Below, piece by piece: positions 51,777 through 62,490 of a DNA stretch of 64,000 bases. The stretch's first letter is position 1. The number at the start of each line of letters is the position of its first letter. This DNA is from Coleofasciculus sp. B1-GNL1-01 (GTDB taxonomy: Bacteria; Cyanobacteriota; Cyanobacteriia; Cyanobacteriales; Coleofasciculaceae). The position numbers and the translations under genes were made by a program. The notes under the pieces are model-generated. The model did not search any database and was not told where the DNA came from. It saw only the letters and a program-made list of their open reading frames with translations. The DNA lies in NCBI GenBank assembly GCA_040220235.1, contig JAVJTO010000102.1. One strand, 5' to 3'.

Positions 51777-53165
51777 GTGAGAACCTTACTTAGTCGTTTG
51801 GATCTGTCCTATCTCTATGTTCTGGTGGGAGAAGCAACTCTCGCTCTGACATTTTTCTTCTATATCATTCTTGCTCGTGTCCTCGGACCTGAGCGATATG
51901 AGATTTTCGCGGCTGCTGTTGCCTTGGGAGCCATCCTTTCCCTGCTCATCCAGTTTGGATTTCCAGCACTACTGACTCGCGAGGTAGCCGCCAACCCAGT
52001 CGAAGGATCTAAATCGACAGGTCAGTTTCTGATTATTGAGGGATTAAGCTTCCTGCTTGTTCTCATTCTTCTCTTTCCCCTAGCTCGCTTGTTAGGTTAC
52101 GAAGGTGAAGGTTTAATTGTCTGCTACTTAGTCATCTTTGCCGAACTCTGTCGTAGTGTGAAAATGACGCTACGCGGTGTTCTTAAAGGGATGGGATGGT
52201 TTAGAAGTGAAACGGTTTCCGTAGCCATAGAGCGATTTTTCGCGGTGCTACTTTCATGCATCGTTCTGTTTCTATCAAACAATTTAGTATGGGTAGTCGG
52301 AACGTTTGTTCTTGTCCGTTTCCTGGATATTGTGGGGTTGCTGGTTTACCTGAGTCGGAAAACTTCGATCTGGTTACCTCTCAGCCTGAATAAACTTTGG
52401 CAATCGGTTCGGACAGCTTACCCATTTGCGCTATCTGGCGTTCTGTGGATTCTTTACTATCAGATTGATGTGGTTATGCTCAAGGGATTAGCTCCTACGG
52501 GGGAAGCGGGGTTCTACAGTGCAGCTTACCGGATGCTGGAAATTTTTACTGAGTTGCCACAAGTTATTTTCTATGTCGCCTTCACTCGATTTGCTCGATA
52601 TTATGCCAACGAACCTGAAAAACTTCCAGAGCAGATTTATAAGTGTACGCGCCTTCTTTTAGGAGTAGCGTTACCTGTGATTGTTGTTGCTGGTTTTACC
52701 CAACCTATATTAGTGCAGCTTATTTATGGCGAAGCCTTTGCTCCTTCCGTGAAACCTCTAGCAATTCTGCTACCTAGCCTGAGTTTTAAAATGTTTGGGA
52801 CTTTAGTGCAAAAGTTACTTCAAGCTACCGGACGAGAAAAGCAACTTCCTGCTCTTATGTTTGGAGCAACAATGACAAATGTACTCTCCAATTTTATTCT
52901 TATTCCTTATCTAGGAAGTGCTGGTGCAGCCATAGCAACTTTATTGAGTGAACTAATGCTGTGTTTTATAGGTCTATACATGATGAATCGCATGGAGTAT
53001 AAGCATATAAGCCAACGCCTTAGCATTATTGCAGTAATGAGTTTGCTAGTAACTGCAATTCCCTCGCTGATTCTGTATGGATTGACACCAATTGTTGGGT
53101 TGGGATTAATGCTTCCCAGTATTGCCACGATAGTTGTGATTATGCGCCGTGATCGCTTTTTATGA
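51777..53165 (+). CDS. Wzx-type flippase / polysaccharide transporter
   Basis: ARVLGPE.Y, IDVVML...GFYSAAYR and NFILIP.LG..GAAIAT; many TMs. Confidence 0.9.
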   Translation: MRTLLSRLDLSYLYVLVGEATLALTFFFYIILARVLGPERYEIFAAAVALGAILSLLIQFGFPALLTREVAANPVEGSKSTGQFLIIEGLSFLLVLILLFPLARLLGYEGEGLIVCYLVIFAELCRSVKMTLRGVLKGMGWFRSETVSVAIERFFAVLLSCIVLFLSNNLVWVVGTFVLVRFLDIVGLLVYLSRKTSIWLPLSLNKLWQSVRTAYPFALSGVLWILYYQIDVVMLKGLAPTGEAGFYSAAYRMLEIFTELPQVIFYVAFTRFARYYANEPEKLPEQIYKCTRLLLGVALPVIVVAGFTQPILVQLIYGEAFAPSVKPLAILLPSLSFKMFGTLVQKLLQATGREKQLPALMFGATMTNVLSNFILIPYLGSAGAAIATLLSELMLCFIGLYMMNRMEYKHISQRLSIIAVMSLLVTAIPSLILYGLTPIVGLGLMLPSIATIVVIMRRDRFL

Positions 53166-53461
53166 ATGACCTAAAATCAGCGATCTTTGTTATAAAAAGC
53201 AGCTCTCCTAGACTGGTTATGGCAAATTAGCAATTTAAAGGAGCTTAACCCCGTAAATAGCAAAGGATCTAAACAATTAGAATTGCTTTTTTTAATCTCC
53301 ATGATTCTGGCTTAGCAAAGATTATGGAGATTATTTTGTAGTCATTTATCATAGCTAGTCTAGAAAAGCCAAAAAAGCTAAGCGTCGTCTCTAAAGGGGG
53401 AGTTTCTATCGCCAAAGGAAAATCCCGTGCCATACAATCTGAGCGTCGAGGTCGGAGTACA

Positions 53462-54448
53462 TCACAGAATGCCCTGTTCTTGATACCACTTACCCGTTAA
53501 CGCTAATCCCTTGTCCAAATCGACCTGAGGTTGATAACCTAGTTCTCGTTTAGCCTTTTCAATACTGAAAGCTCGATTCTGCCGGAACCAATCAACCCGT
53601 CTCCGAAACAGAGGTGGATTGATCCCTGGCAGAGGTTTATAAACCATCTCCGTTGCCAAAGCTGCTGTCCAAAGAGGCCAGAAGGGCAGATGTATAATGG
53701 TCAGATTTACACCTATAGCTTTTGCAATCGCTGTGACCAAGTTATTGAGGGTATAGTAGTTTTCATCGGCGATCAGGTATGCCTCCCCATTGCCTTTCTC
53801 TGAGGCAGCAGCGAGTTCAAAGGCATCCACTAAGTTATCGATATACAAGGGGTGGTAGTGACACTGACCATCTCCAAACATTAAAAAGCGTCCCTTTTTC
53901 ACCCGTTTGAAGAGGATAGAAAAGCGCTCTGGATCTCCTGGTCCATATATGGCTGCTGGTCGGAGTGTTAGAACCTTTAGACCCTTTTGCACAAAATCAG
54001 GTATGAGTTTCTCTCCTTCGTATTTTGTGTATTGGTAGTAATCCGCCGGGGTAATCGGCGCATTTTCATCAGCGGGGGTTTGTTTAACATTTCCGTGAAC
54101 CCCACAAGTGCTGCAATAAACGAACTTCTCAATGCCATATTTCAGAGCCGCTTCTAGTAGGTAGCGCGTTCCCTCAACATTTACATCCCAGTAGACCTTC
54201 TTGGGAAGATTGACTTGGCGAAATGCTGCTGCTAAGTGGTGAACCACTTCACACCCTTGGGTAACTTTATCCACAAGATCTCGGTCTGCCACACTGCCAA
54301 TGTGAATCTCTGCGCCTCGTTCCTTGAGTTCATCAAAAAAGAGACCGGGCTTATTATCAATAGCGACTACATCATGCCCTTTTTGTAGTAGACGTCGCGT
54401 CAAATGGCTGCCCGTAAAGCCTGTCCCGCCTGTGACTAAAATTTTCAT
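53462..54448 (-). CDS. NAD-dependent epimerase/dehydratase
   Basis: GGTGFTG and YQYTK (YxxxK). Confidence 0.9.
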   Translation of the reverse strand: MKILVTGGTGFTGSHLTRRLLQKGHDVVAIDNKPGLFFDELKERGAEIHIGSVADRDLVDKVTQGCEVVHHLAAAFRQVNLPKKVYWDVNVEGTRYLLEAALKYGIEKFVYCSTCGVHGNVKQTPADENAPITPADYYQYTKYEGEKLIPDFVQKGLKVLTLRPAAIYGPGDPERFSILFKRVKKGRFLMFGDGQCHYHPLYIDNLVDAFELAAASEKGNGEAYLIADENYYTLNNLVTAIAKAIGVNLTIIHLPFWPLWTAALATEMVYKPLPGINPPLFRRRVDWFRQNRAFSIEKAKRELGYQPQVDLDKGLALTGKWYQEQGIL

Positions 54449-54489
54449 TTTTTTACTCCAAATTAATACAGAAATTTCACCGTAAATAG

Positions 54490-55272
54490 TTAAACCTTTT
54501 TTGTTTCTTTTGTTTCTTTACGGTTGCGAATGATTCGAGCGGGTACTCCAACCGCCACCGCATAATCGGGAAGGTCTTTTGTCACGACAGCTCCTGCGCC
54601 AACAATACATCCTTTGCCAATGGAAACTCCATCCAGTACAATTACGCCAGCACCTAACCATACATCATCTGCGATCACAACCGGTCCTTGTGAGTAAATT
54701 CCCTGTTCCATCATTGGAATATCCAAACGGTCTGATAGATAACGTCCGCCACCGATATAAGAGTTGCCACCAATTAACACAGAACGACCAATAAAAATTC
54801 CGGTAGTAGACGAAAGAATAGTGTTACAGCCAATATCGGTTTTATCTTCGATTCTCACTGAACCTGTTTTACCCCGTATCGCACAATTTCTGGAGACAAT
54901 CACATCATCTCCTAGGTAGACCCCTTCCTCGCCAGCACCGCTGGCATCTAATAGTCCATAATCGTCAATAGCTACACGATCCCCGAGAAAAATCTGTCCA
55001 GGATGACGCAATACAATGCCTTTTCCTAAAATTACTCCTTTACCAATACTCTTGAAAAGGTTGCGATAAAATCGTTTGCGAAGTAAATAACCTAAGCCAC
55101 CGTTAACGTTGCCAAATAAGGATGTTACGACTTCGTATTTTAACAAATAAAAAATTCGGTCATTTCCCAAAACTTTGTTTTGATATCGTTTTAATACAGA
55201 AGATTCTGTTTGACTCAGTTGCTCTGTTAATGGAGTCTTATAGACTCGATTTTTCGTTTTAGGCGATATCAT
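54490..55272 (-). CDS. Hexapeptide-repeat (LbH) O-acyltransferase
   Basis: VVIADDVWLGAG...VGAGAVVTKD...GVPAR. Confidence 0.9.
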   Translation of the reverse strand: MISPKTKNRVYKTPLTEQLSQTESSVLKRYQNKVLGNDRIFYLLKYEVVTSLFGNVNGGLGYLLRKRFYRNLFKSIGKGVILGKGIVLRHPGQIFLGDRVAIDDYGLLDASGAGEEGVYLGDDVIVSRNCAIRGKTGSVRIEDKTDIGCNTILSSTTGIFIGRSVLIGGNSYIGGGRYLSDRLDIPMMEQGIYSQGPVVIADDVWLGAGVIVLDGVSIGKGCIVGAGAVVTKDLPDYAVAVGVPARIIRNRKETKETKKV

Positions 55273-55304
55273 AGTTACCTCTCAAAAATAATGATGATTA
55301 TCAG

Positions 55305-56057
55305 TTACTTCATTTTTAAGATTTTCCGATTTGTCAAGCTGCAATGCAAAATAACCGGAGAGCCAAACCAATAGGTTAATCCTAACCCTCTGGATAATTT
55401 TTCTAAGGCTGATGAAATGTGAGGGGACTTTAACATTCGATGTAGTACCATGGGCAGAAAAAATTGTGGATAACGGTCAATGGGGGTGAGTCCGAGAGAA
55501 TGGAAGTAATCCAGCAGTTCAGATTCTTGGAAACAGGTAAAAGGTCGTGTGTTGCCTTCTACGCCTTTCTTTAGCTTAAATAAATAGGGTGCGATCGCGT
55601 TCACACTTCTAACCGTCGGATAGTCTACAATCACAGCTTTATCCGCCACCCGACCTAATTCAGCCAGAAAGGGTTTCCATTGACTGACGTGCGGAAGTAG
55701 CCGATAGCTAATCACAATGTCAAACGTGTTATCCGGATAGGGTAAGTCCAAAATATTACCCACCTTAAAGTCACAACGATTAGCGTCCACAAAATGTTGA
55801 ATTCGTGCTTTACAACTCTCTGCACTTCCCAACACTGTAACGTGATAACCGTTCTGAATCAGCGCCTCCGTCAGTTGACCATGCCCACCGCCAACATCTA
55901 AAATCTTGGCATAGGGATAAGCCGCTAGCATCTTCAGCGTTGCGTCTTCTTGAACCTTGAGTAACCAAGCGCCAATTTCCCCAGCAAAACGGGATGCATA
56001 ATCGTCTGAAGATGTTTCGATATCGGCTGTTTCGGGAAAATTATTTGTCGTAACCAT
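55305..56057 (-). CDS. Class I SAM-dependent methyltransferase
   Basis: ILDVGGGHG and LPYPDNTFD. Confidence 0.88.
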   Translation of the reverse strand: MVTTNNFPETADIETSSDDYASRFAGEIGAWLLKVQEDATLKMLAAYPYAKILDVGGGHGQLTEALIQNGYHVTVLGSAESCKARIQHFVDANRCDFKVGNILDLPYPDNTFDIVISYRLLPHVSQWKPFLAELGRVADKAVIVDYPTVRSVNAIAPYLFKLKKGVEGNTRPFTCFQESELLDYFHSLGLTPIDRYPQFFLPMVLHRMLKSPHISSALEKLSRGLGLTYWFGSPVILHCSLTNRKILKMK

Positions 56058-56099
56058 TGTTTCATGCCCCTGAACAACTAAGGTTATGCCAACTATTTC

Positions 56100-56891
56100 C
56101 TAGGCTTTATCAATTCTGGCTTTGACAATTAGCATATAACCACTTACTCCTAATAATAAACCATCTAGCTTAGAAAACAGCCAAACAACCGGATAAACCA
56201 AAGAGTACATCCTGAACATTTTTTGGTATCGCTTCATGTCTTGTCCGGTAACAATTCGACCCTTCTGAGATTTTGCGCCTCCCCGTTTCAATACGTCAAG
56301 TGCCAATGTCATCAACGTGTCAATGGCTTCCGAGAAAAACTTAGAATAGGTTCTGTGACTGACTATTTTAAACCGACCCATCAGCAAAGATACTAAGTCA
56401 TCCACGGTATACCCCGGTCTGACATGTCCATGTTTTTCATCCGTCTGTCCAATTGCTAGCCGAAACCTTCGCAGTAGGCTGTTTTTGATATGCGGCACGT
56501 TAATGATTAATTCTCCCCCAGGTTTGATAATACGGAATAATTCCTTAACAAATTCTTCATCGGTGTGAATATGTTCCAAAAAATCGATGATAGCCACTCG
56601 GTCAAATTCGTTATCAGCAAATGGGGTTTGACGACCATCAATCTGAAATACGTTGTCTTTCACCAATCCCCGGATGGAATCAACTGTATGTTCATCTAAA
56701 TCAGCACTTTTCCAGATTCCACCCCGTTGACGAAGCAGATAACTAATCACACCATTATCAGAACCAATATCCAGACAGTGTAACTCAGTACTTTCTCCCA
56801 ACAACGCAGTAATTTCTTGGAATTTTCTCTGTTTCAGCACAGATTTTTCAAATAGTAACAGAGGCCATTCTTTTTCTAATATCTTTTTCAT
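56100..56891 (-). CDS. Class I SAM-dependent methyltransferase
   Basis: LDIGSDNG, PFADNEFD, LEHI and KPGG. Confidence 0.88.
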   Translation of the reverse strand: MKKILEKEWPLLLFEKSVLKQRKFQEITALLGESTELHCLDIGSDNGVISYLLRQRGGIWKSADLDEHTVDSIRGLVKDNVFQIDGRQTPFADNEFDRVAIIDFLEHIHTDEEFVKELFRIIKPGGELIINVPHIKNSLLRRFRLAIGQTDEKHGHVRPGYTVDDLVSLLMGRFKIVSHRTYSKFFSEAIDTLMTLALDVLKRGGAKSQKGRIVTGQDMKRYQKMFRMYSLVYPVVWLFSKLDGLLLGVSGYMLIVKARIDKA

Positions 56892-56933
56892 CGTTATTTC
56901 CTAATTATTCACTGTTTCCTTAGTTAAGCATAC

Positions 56934-57788
56934 TCATGGCATCGGTGAATCATTGGTTCGTTGACGCAATTGACTCGCCAAATTCCGTTTATACAATCGC
57001 TCAAAATGGAGGTCGGACTCGAAGCGCATGAAACGGTACACACGGTTAGAATTTAATGATAGCTCTCGATCCAAAATCAACTCTATTCCCTCACCCAACA
57101 CACCTTGATTAATCTCATAGACAATTCTGGCTTCGCCAGTGAATCGCGAACCGAAGTTAAAATCGTAGTCGTCAAAATAGATTACACAACCATTAGGTAA
57201 GTAAGGAATCAACTTGTCAAAAACGATGCGAGTTGAACTATAATAATCACAGTCTATCCAAACTAAAATAGGTAAATTAGTTTCCAGTGTACTGAGACAT
57301 ACATCAGTCAGAGTATCCTGAAAATAGCCTTTGTGAATGTGGTAATTTTGATAGTGACTCCGACAGTAGTCTTCAAGCTCTTGATATCTTCCCTTAAATT
57401 GACCCTTAACCCATCCATCATCTGCAATGATATCTTTGTCTTTTGCATCAACAGAATCGGGCATTCCCTCGAAAGAATCAAAGGTGTGAACAGTGATTCG
57501 GTCATCCATGTCAAGATACTTGGTCGCATACAGCATTTTCGTAAAAGAATAACCATCGGCTGTGCCAAATTCAAGAATAGAAAATTTTCCCTTATACTGA
57601 TTTTTAAACTCCTGAATAACTTCGTAAATTATATCCATTCGATAAAAGCTATTCAGAAGACGACGCAATATCTTACGAGGTTTGTGAATTAAATTTAAGT
57701 AAACCGTTGTTTTCAGATAGTTTCCTGGTAAGAGCTGACCTAAGCGCCGCAACAAGATAATCAATGGAGATTTATCTGGATATTTCAT
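56934..57788 (-). CDS. TylF/MycF-like sugar O-methyltransferase
   Basis: LEFGTADG, FDSFEGMP, KGYF and IDCDYYSST..FDDY. Confidence 0.82.
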   Translation of the reverse strand: MKYPDKSPLIILLRRLGQLLPGNYLKTTVYLNLIHKPRKILRRLLNSFYRMDIIYEVIQEFKNQYKGKFSILEFGTADGYSFTKMLYATKYLDMDDRITVHTFDSFEGMPDSVDAKDKDIIADDGWVKGQFKGRYQELEDYCRSHYQNYHIHKGYFQDTLTDVCLSTLETNLPILVWIDCDYYSSTRIVFDKLIPYLPNGCVIYFDDYDFNFGSRFTGEARIVYEINQGVLGEGIELILDRELSLNSNRVYRFMRFESDLHFERLYKRNLASQLRQRTNDSPMP

Positions 57789-57801
57789 TTTTTTAGTTGA
57801 T

Positions 57802-58341
57802 TTAGGTATTTCTTCTCGGATTGGCTTTGACTAATCGCAACCATCTTACTCCCCACACTAGCAAAACTGAATAGACCAATTCAAAACTAATCCAGGTTAG
57901 GTGGCTGTAATGCCACAACCCCCTAGAGTGATGAACTCCCGGAAAAATAGTAATTGAAGAGACAAAAAAGTTTTCCGTAAACGGGTACAGCAACGGAATC
58001 CCTCTGCCTTCGGTAAAAAAATCCAAAACCAGATGAGAACTATAGAGAATAAACGTTATCCAAGCCAGTTGCTGGTAAGAGAACTGCCATCGTTTACGGA
58101 GTATGAACGCCAGAATCAAACTAAAGCCAAGGGTAAAAATCAGGCTGTGGGTCAAACCGCGATGGAATGATTCTCCAGTGATGATCTGAGGAATAAAATC
58201 TAGGTCAGCAACGGTAGCTACAAAAACCGGATACAAACACAGGATTTCCCATCGCCTACGCCTAGAGGTTCTGGGTTGAGTTAAGGGTAAAAACTTGGCA
58301 AGAACATATCCGGAAACAGCGTGGGCAAGGGGAGATGGCAT
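57802..58341 (-). CDS. YdjM-like membrane metal-dependent hydrolase
   Basis: H...DLD, HRGLTHS and SHLVLD. Confidence 0.85.
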   Translation of the reverse strand: MPSPLAHAVSGYVLAKFLPLTQPRTSRRRRWEILCLYPVFVATVADLDFIPQIITGESFHRGLTHSLIFTLGFSLILAFILRKRWQFSYQQLAWITFILYSSHLVLDFFTEGRGIPLLYPFTENFFVSSITIFPGVHHSRGLWHYSHLTWISFELVYSVLLVWGVRWLRLVKANPRRNT

Positions 58342-58377
58342 AGGTCAAACAGGAGATGACTGTTGATGATCAACAAT

Positions 58378-60063
58378 TTATACTACGGTTAGAAATCGAT
58401 GCTGATTAACCTCCTTCACCGCTTGTATTTCTTGTTCAATTCGGGTGAGACTCCAACCCAGTTCTGTTGCCATGGTTTCGGCACAATGCTTGAGAATGTG
58501 AGGTTCAGGAACGCCAGCGCTACCCATTTCTATACGCCGAAATATCACATCACTTAAGGTTTGCGCCATTTCTTCGCGAACGGCATGAATTACCTCAGCT
58601 TTGAGAACAGCTAACTCATCGACTGGCGCTTGTTGTCGGTGAAGATTGCCCTCTAGGGACTGAAGTATATCCGAATAGGCAGACCCATAGTTATACACCA
58701 GACGACGCATGGTTTCCTCAGTTAATCCATCAGGGGAATTTGTTAGCGCCGTTTGCAAAAAGGTATCAAATTGTTCAATGTCTCCGCCATAAATCGGAGT
58801 GATATCAGAAACCGATTGTGGTGGTTTTTGTCCCCAGGATTTGAACAGTTTGTCTATTGCTTTTTCCGCCACATCTCTGGCGGTGGTATACTTCACACCA
58901 ATAATTGACAGGAGTCCCGGCAATCCTTCACGGGCATGATCGTGGATGTGATACTGTTTTTCCAGTAGGGGTTCTCCGGTGTGAGAATCTACTCCGGTTC
59001 TGGGCAATAGTCCCCCATGGACAAAATCAACATCTTCGGGTGTGAGATTGGCGGGTGGGTATGCCTGGTTAATTTGATCCAGCAGGTCTTGAATATCTGC
59101 TGCGGTAACCTGTAAATCATCGGGTTTCTCATCCCAAACTGTATAGGATGTACCGATGATTGATTTGCCTCGCCAAGGGGCAATAAATAGGAAGCGACTC
59201 CCTTTGTTCAGGATGGCATTGGGGTCACTATTGCTATTGGTGCTAGAAATTCCTACAGCATAGGTTTGGAATAGGGGACGAGTGACGAGGTTAACCGCTT
59301 TAGCCAAAGGCACATTAACAGATGGTGACTCTCCCTGAAGCCAACCCAGAACTTGATTCATCCAGGGACCACTGGTATTGATGACGGTTTTGGCGCGGAT
59401 GTCGAAGTGATTCCCGGTGAGGCTGTCTTTGGCTTTGATACCCGTGATGTGATTACCCTCTTTGAGAAAGCCAATCCCTTCCACATAGTTGGCGACATCT
59501 GCACCCGCTTGTGCGGCAGACTGGAGAAATGAGAGGGGAAGTCGTTCTGAGTTGTAGACTTGAGCATCATAGAAGAGTGCGCCCCCGGTTAACCCTTCGT
59601 TGGGAATACCTGGAAGCAACTGCTGACAGTCTTGAGCAGAAATGACGCGACCATTAGGAATATGTTTTTGGGGATCATCGAGTTGGTTGCGATCGCAACT
59701 AATCATATCATTCACTGCCAGTGCCAGACTCAAGGCTTCTTTTCCCTTCATCCCATGTCCATAGGTGGGAATCAAAACTGGGAGTGGGTGGATTAAGTGA
59801 GGCGCAATCCGGAATAAGGTTCTGCGTTCCCGAATCGATTCCCGCATACGCCGAAAATCAGCGTTTTGCAGATATCGCAATCCCCCATGAATCGTCTTTA
59901 AGCTGTTAGCAGAGGTGGCTGAGGCAAAATCCCCTTTCTCAACCAACGCCACGGATAAACCCCGCAAGCTGGCTTCCCAAGCGATGCAGGCACCATAGAT
60001 ACCACCGCCAATGATCAGTAAGTCGTATGTGTTTCTGGTTAAATTGAGCAGGTTTCTCTTCAT
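58378..60063 (-). CDS. Glycerol-3-phosphate dehydrogenase/oxidase-like FAD enzyme
   Basis: IIGGGIYG, SLKTIHGGLRYL and GVKYTT. ATG 60063 is preferred. Confidence 0.88.
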   Translation of the reverse strand: MKRNLLNLTRNTYDLLIIGGGIYGACIAWEASLRGLSVALVEKGDFASATSANSLKTIHGGLRYLQNADFRRMRESIRERRTLFRIAPHLIHPLPVLIPTYGHGMKGKEALSLALAVNDMISCDRNQLDDPQKHIPNGRVISAQDCQQLLPGIPNEGLTGGALFYDAQVYNSERLPLSFLQSAAQAGADVANYVEGIGFLKEGNHITGIKAKDSLTGNHFDIRAKTVINTSGPWMNQVLGWLQGESPSVNVPLAKAVNLVTRPLFQTYAVGISSTNSNSDPNAILNKGSRFLFIAPWRGKSIIGTSYTVWDEKPDDLQVTAADIQDLLDQINQAYPPANLTPEDVDFVHGGLLPRTGVDSHTGEPLLEKQYHIHDHAREGLPGLLSIIGVKYTTARDVAEKAIDKLFKSWGQKPPQSVSDITPIYGGDIEQFDTFLQTALTNSPDGLTEETMRRLVYNYGSAYSDILQSLEGNLHRQQAPVDELAVLKAEVIHAVREEMAQTLSDVIFRRIEMGSAGVPEPHILKHCAETMATELGWSLTRIEQEIQAVKEVNQHRFLTVV

Positions 60064-60095
60064 GATATGATGCTCCTTACCCTGATTGTGATTAA

Positions 60096-60722
60096 CTAAG
60101 CTTCTACGCTTAACGCTCCGGTTGCACCCTCCACTAATCCTGCATACAACCAATCATAGAGAAGATTGAATTTTCGACAAAACACTTTATACGTGTGATT
60201 CTGTTCAATAAATTCTTTTCCGCTGCTACCTAGTTTGAGTCGTAAATCGGGATCATCAATCAGATTCACCATTCCCTGGGAAAAAGCTTGAGGCTTGGGT
60301 GCTGCAAGTCGGGAAATTTGGCTATTCAACACCTGGGTGTGAGTGGGTAAATCCGTCGCTAGTAATGCTTTGCCGCTGTGTAGATAGGAATAGAGTTTCA
60401 TGGGTGTATTTTTCCCTTTGACTCTAGGCGAGACGACAATATCAGCCTGGGCTAGATATAACCCTAGATCATCAACGGGTTTAGGTCCCAAAAAATGGAC
60501 GTTTTCTAAGATGCCAAGCCGTTTAGCCTGCTGCTTGTACTTCTGAATGTCAGACGCCTCTCCACCGATAATGACTAAATCAGCTAACTTATTTTTCTTT
60601 AAAGTCAAGGCAAAACTTTCCAGGAGGAGATCCACCCCCTGATACGTTTCCAGATTTCCCACATACATTAGCAGTACATGATTAATTCCTAGTTCAGCTC
60701 TCAAATTACTCTGCATTTGCAT
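60096..60722 (-). CDS. Glycosyltransferase family 4, C-terminal (donor-binding) half
   Basis: YVGNLETYQG, ADIVVSPR and PMKLYSYL..GK. Confidence 0.85.
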   Translation of the reverse strand: MQMQSNLRAELGINHVLLMYVGNLETYQGVDLLLESFALTLKKNKLADLVIIGGEASDIQKYKQQAKRLGILENVHFLGPKPVDDLGLYLAQADIVVSPRVKGKNTPMKLYSYLHSGKALLATDLPTHTQVLNSQISRLAAPKPQAFSQGMVNLIDDPDLRLKLGSSGKEFIEQNHTYKVFCRKFNLLYDWLYAGLVEGATGALSVEA

Positions 60723-60748
60723 ACACCACCCTTTTTACAGAATCTCAG

Positions 60749-61417
60749 TCAGTTCAATAACGATATATCGGGGATAACCACCACATTTTTGGGCTTGTAG
60801 GCTTGAATATCAGTCGCTAATGCCTGACAAACTGCCACAACAACCGCCGCCTTTTGCACCGCTACTCGTTCACAAAAATTCAAAAATGAATTGAGTAATG
60901 TTAACTTTGGATACTTTTCGATAAGCTGCTGTGCTAGAGAAGAATCCATGTCATATACATAGGGAAGCTTGCAGAATAGATTCAGCATTAAGGCAATAAA
61001 GACCGATTCCTCTCCGGCATGAACCAAATCGTAGCGCTTACGGGACATCAAACCGATGACTTTAAAAATCATGAAAAAATCACAGACTAATTTCTTCCAG
61101 GAGAAACCCGGTCTAATGTTGTGAACAAAGGGTAGCCGTGGCGTCCGGTGTATGGTTACGTTGGGATACTGAATATCACGTCCTTCTGGATAAGTTACCA
61201 TGTCAACCTGGTCTCCTCGTTCAGATAACACCCTTAAAACCAAGTTCACGGCAATGGGTGTACCCCGGTTTTGGTAAAAGGGGTGAGGGGCTAATAATAG
61301 AACATTCATCTGATGGGGACTGTTCTTTGAGCCAGATACAGTCCTTTTCTGAAAGCGACTTTTCTTAACCGAGCGTTTTTTTACTCTCGTCAGAAGTTTT
61401 TGGTTAATTAGAAACAT
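60749..61417 (-). CDS. Glycosyltransferase family 4, N-terminal half
   Basis: LLLAPHPF...RGTP, YDLVHA and YVYDMD; ends at VVVIPD. Confidence 0.82.
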   Translation of the reverse strand: MFLINQKLLTRVKKRSVKKSRFQKRTVSGSKNSPHQMNVLLLAPHPFYQNRGTPIAVNLVLRVLSERGDQVDMVTYPEGRDIQYPNVTIHRTPRLPFVHNIRPGFSWKKLVCDFFMIFKVIGLMSRKRYDLVHAGEESVFIALMLNLFCKLPYVYDMDSSLAQQLIEKYPKLTLLNSFLNFCERVAVQKAAVVVAVCQALATDIQAYKPKNVVVIPDISLLN

Positions 61418-62490
61418 TTCTTGCTCCTTTTTTACGTCGATACTCAGAAATAATTTATAGTTGTCGCTGGAACTATAGAGGTAAAAGTTTCTTTACACTC
61501 TCTCTAGGAGATACAAATCTTTACCTGAATTTATTCTCCTACTCCTATTGCATATAAAAGAGATAACATGTATGAATGAAATTTTTCTATGCTTGAAGAA
61601 AAAATTTATGAGAACTTTAAATTCTGGTTTATAAGCAAAAATTATATTAAATCTTGGCGGGAGGTAATTTCGGATGCTCATCCGACTATCCCACTCTCTT
61701 ACCTGGCTTCATTTAGTTCAGAAGATCGGCGCTTACCCACTTAGAGGACATCTAATTCGACACATTCTCCTGATCCCAGCGACTGTATCAGAACTATCAA
61801 TCCAACAATTATAAGAAAACTTTATACCTCTTAAGGCATAAGCCTATAGGCTTACTTCATACAAGCTTTATACAGCGAAGGAAAATATCCTTCGTGAAAG
61901 AAAGTAGAAATACTTATAACCCAGACTCCGCACTTCAAGTTGAAGTACAAGAAGCTACATATCCAATCAAGGGAAAAAGTCTGAAAAATTTACCCCTTGA
62001 ATATCTTTTCAGGAAACCGTAATTCTTTTGGAGATTCTTGTGAGCTTTTTTAAGCAGCAGAAATTGAAGAGTATCTACTCTCCTTAAACGAATTTATCCA
62101 TGCTCAAAAAATTCTCCAATTGCCACGAAGGTGAGTCAAAAAAATCACAGATAATATTTTTGACAAGAGGAGGGCAAGAAGTTCAAAATAAATTGAATTT
62201 TATCCGTTAAGTTAACTATCTGTTTGACTCCATTAATAACTACTGCATGAATCCCTTTAAAACATTGAAATATCCACCGTAATGTTGGATGATTGGTCAA
62301 TTTACCCACTTGATTTTGGCTCTCCCGTACTTAGTGTGATAATATTTACGGAGGACTCCTGGAGGACTAGCACTGACCTGAATCCTTACGAATTCGGAAT
62401 CAACTGTTCAGTTATAGCTCAACTCTAGCTTAATGTCTAGTTTATTTTATGTCAAGCCTACTATTAGTTTATGGATGTATAAATCACTTC

